Origin: an uncultured Planctomycetaceae bacterium
GTDB lineage: Bacteria; Planctomycetota; Phycisphaerae; SM23-33
Reading direction: 5' to 3'
Assembly (NCBI GenBank): GCA_964557575.1
Contig: CAZLBC010000013.1
Location: forward strand, 5,758 to 69,757
Length of the DNA: 64,000 bases
The notes under the pieces were generated by a model, which searched no databases, was not told the DNA's origin, and saw only the letters and a program-made list of their open reading frames with translations. The translations under genes were made by a program, and so were the position numbers. This document shows positions 62,888 through 64,000 of this stretch, piece by piece. How positions within the stretch are numbered: the stretch's first letter is position 1; the number at the start of each line of letters is the position of its first letter.

Positions 62888-64000
62888 TCACGGTTGTCGC
62901 CCGGCGGCGTTCGCCTTTTTCTTTGCGGCGGCCGCCGGGTCCTGAACGCCGACATCCGGCGGCAGCGACGCGCCTACCGGGGTGTCGTCGGCGCGCGTGA
63001 AACGAGACAGGGTCCGCGGATTCGCGGCCGCGTTCACCGCCCGCAGCTCGCCGGCCGGATCCGCGCCGATCCGCTCGGCGAACGCGGAGTATTCTACGGG
63101 AGAATACGTTCGATTCTCTATTGTCCAAGGGGCATCCGGGGCCGGGCGACGACGGATCGACAGGGAAAACGGGGCCGGCTCATAGCGGTTCCCTCCGGCC
63201 GAAATGATCCTTGCCAAATCCAATTCCGGGGCGCCGGCATCCCGTATCGCGATGATCTTCATGTTCGTTGCGCAGCGCGCGAACACGGAGTCCCTGACCG
63301 TCAACGTCCCGCCCGCCGCGTCCGCGCGCACCTGCAGCCCCAGGGGAAAACCGTACAGAGTGCACCGCTCGATTGTCAGCAAGCACGTGCGCCCCAGCGA
63401 CACGCCTCCCCCCGCGTGTTCCGTCGGCGCGACCAGGAGACAATTCGAGAGACGCACGCGGGCGCCTCTTGCGACGGACAGCGCCGTGCGCCGGTTGCCC
63501 CGGATAAGACAATCGACCATCTCGAACGCGCCGCGGTGAAACTCCACGCCGCCGCGCCAGGTGTCGAACTCGACGAGGCACTTCTCGTAGCGTACGCGTG
63601 CTTTCCCGTAGACGTCCACAATCCCGCACCCGGCATTGTGATGAAAATGACCGTGCCGCACGACCGCCGCCGCGCCGTGGTTGGAGATTCCCTGATCCAT
63701 GAAATACCGCGCCTCAACGTTCTCGAAGAGCACGCCCGTGTTGCGCCTCGTGGAAAAACCATCGCGGCCCCCGTATTCGCAAACGACGTTACGGACGGTG
63801 ACGTGATCGCCGAGAACCTGGACGCCGATATCGCCCGCGATGCTCTCCACGCGGACATCGCCGAACGATGTCCCGGCGGGCAGGCGCATGAAGAGCGTAT
63901 TGTGCAGGGGATCCTGTTTGCTCTTCTTCCGGTTCTTGTACAGGAAGAACGCGCCGGGTGTCAGGTCTTCCCGCGACGTCACGTTCGTCCCGGGCGTCCC
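62888..64000 (-). CDS. Right-handed parallel beta-helix repeat protein (pectate-lyase-fold), partial (N-terminus beyond window end)
   Basis: Repeated PbH1-like turns (NVVCEYGGRDGFSTRRNTGVLFENVEARYF / NHGAAAVVRHGHFHHNAGCGIVDV / VEFHRGAFEMVDCLIRGN...). The frame stays open upstream of the track start (a GTG at 63982) to the window edge, and there is no signal peptide in-window. Confidence 0.6.
   Translation of the reverse strand, partial: GTPGTNVTSREDLTPGAFFLYKNRKKSKQDPLHNTLFMRLPAGTSFGDVRVESIAGDIGVQVLGDHVTVRNVVCEYGGRDGFSTRRNTGVLFENVEARYFMDQGISNHGAAAVVRHGHFHHNAGCGIVDVYGKARVRYEKCLVEFDTWRGGVEFHRGAFEMVDCLIRGNRRTALSVARGARVRLSNCLLVAPTEHAGGGVSLGRTCLLTIERCTLYGFPLGLQVRADAAGGTLTVRDSVFARCATNMKIIAIRDAGAPELDLARIISAGGNRYEPAPFSLSIRRRPAPDAPWTIENRTYSPVEYSAFAERIGADPAGELRAVNAAANPRTLSRFTRADDTPVGASLPPDVGVQDPAAAAKKKANAAGRQP

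Overview
High-GC bacterial chromosome segment, probably from the PVC superphylum. The Planctomycetes assignment is an inference from giant secreted proteins, acidic low-complexity tails on core proteins and an N-terminal 'LEPRLLLSG'-type motif. About 4.2-37.9 kb is a contiguous minus-strand block of translation and transcription genes: alpha operon (rplQ-rpoA-rpsD-rpsK-rpsM-rpmJ-map-adk-secY), spc operon, S10 operon, str operon (rpsL-rpsG-fusA), rpoC-rpoB-rplL-rplJ-rplA-rplK-nusG-secE, tRNA-Trp, rpmG, tuf and tRNA-Thr. rpmD (L30) and infA are absent, and tuf sits next to secE rather than after fusA. The left flank (1-4.2 kb) carries a partial secreted protein, a VWA membrane protein, tRNA-Leu(UAG), a processive GT2 glycosyltransferase and a HIT hydrolase. 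The right flank (38-64 kb) carries a transglutaminase-like lipoprotein, pyrD coupled to an exported hypothetical, a J-domain chaperone, lptB, a very large signal peptidase I, a Tat-metallophosphoesterase/ribulokinase/histidine-kinase/NtrC-type sigma54 regulator operon and tRNA-Val(UAC). Downstream of tRNA-Val lies a minus-strand cluster of large secreted carbohydrate-binding proteins: RTX-repeat, malectin-like lipoprotein, 1097-aa PQQ-like beta-propeller, 1530-aa LamG-rich giant and a parallel beta-helix protein running off the window. No CRISPR array, integrase, transposase or recognisable defence system was seen. The most unusual signals are a consensus sigma70 promoter plus T9G9 homopolymer in the RBS of the RTX gene (phase-variation candidate), a ~20-nt palindromic motif repeated at two intergenic loci 52 kb apart, a 780-nt non-coding gap holding a frameshifted gene remnant, and a ~135-aa hydrophobic N-terminal extension fused in frame to SecY. 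CDS coordinates follow the supplied ORF track, with starts trimmed where an internal ATG with a Shine-Dalgarno fits operon spacing. Coordinates I called myself may be off by 1 nt between ~44.5 and 48.5 kb, where my manual count and the track disagree by one.
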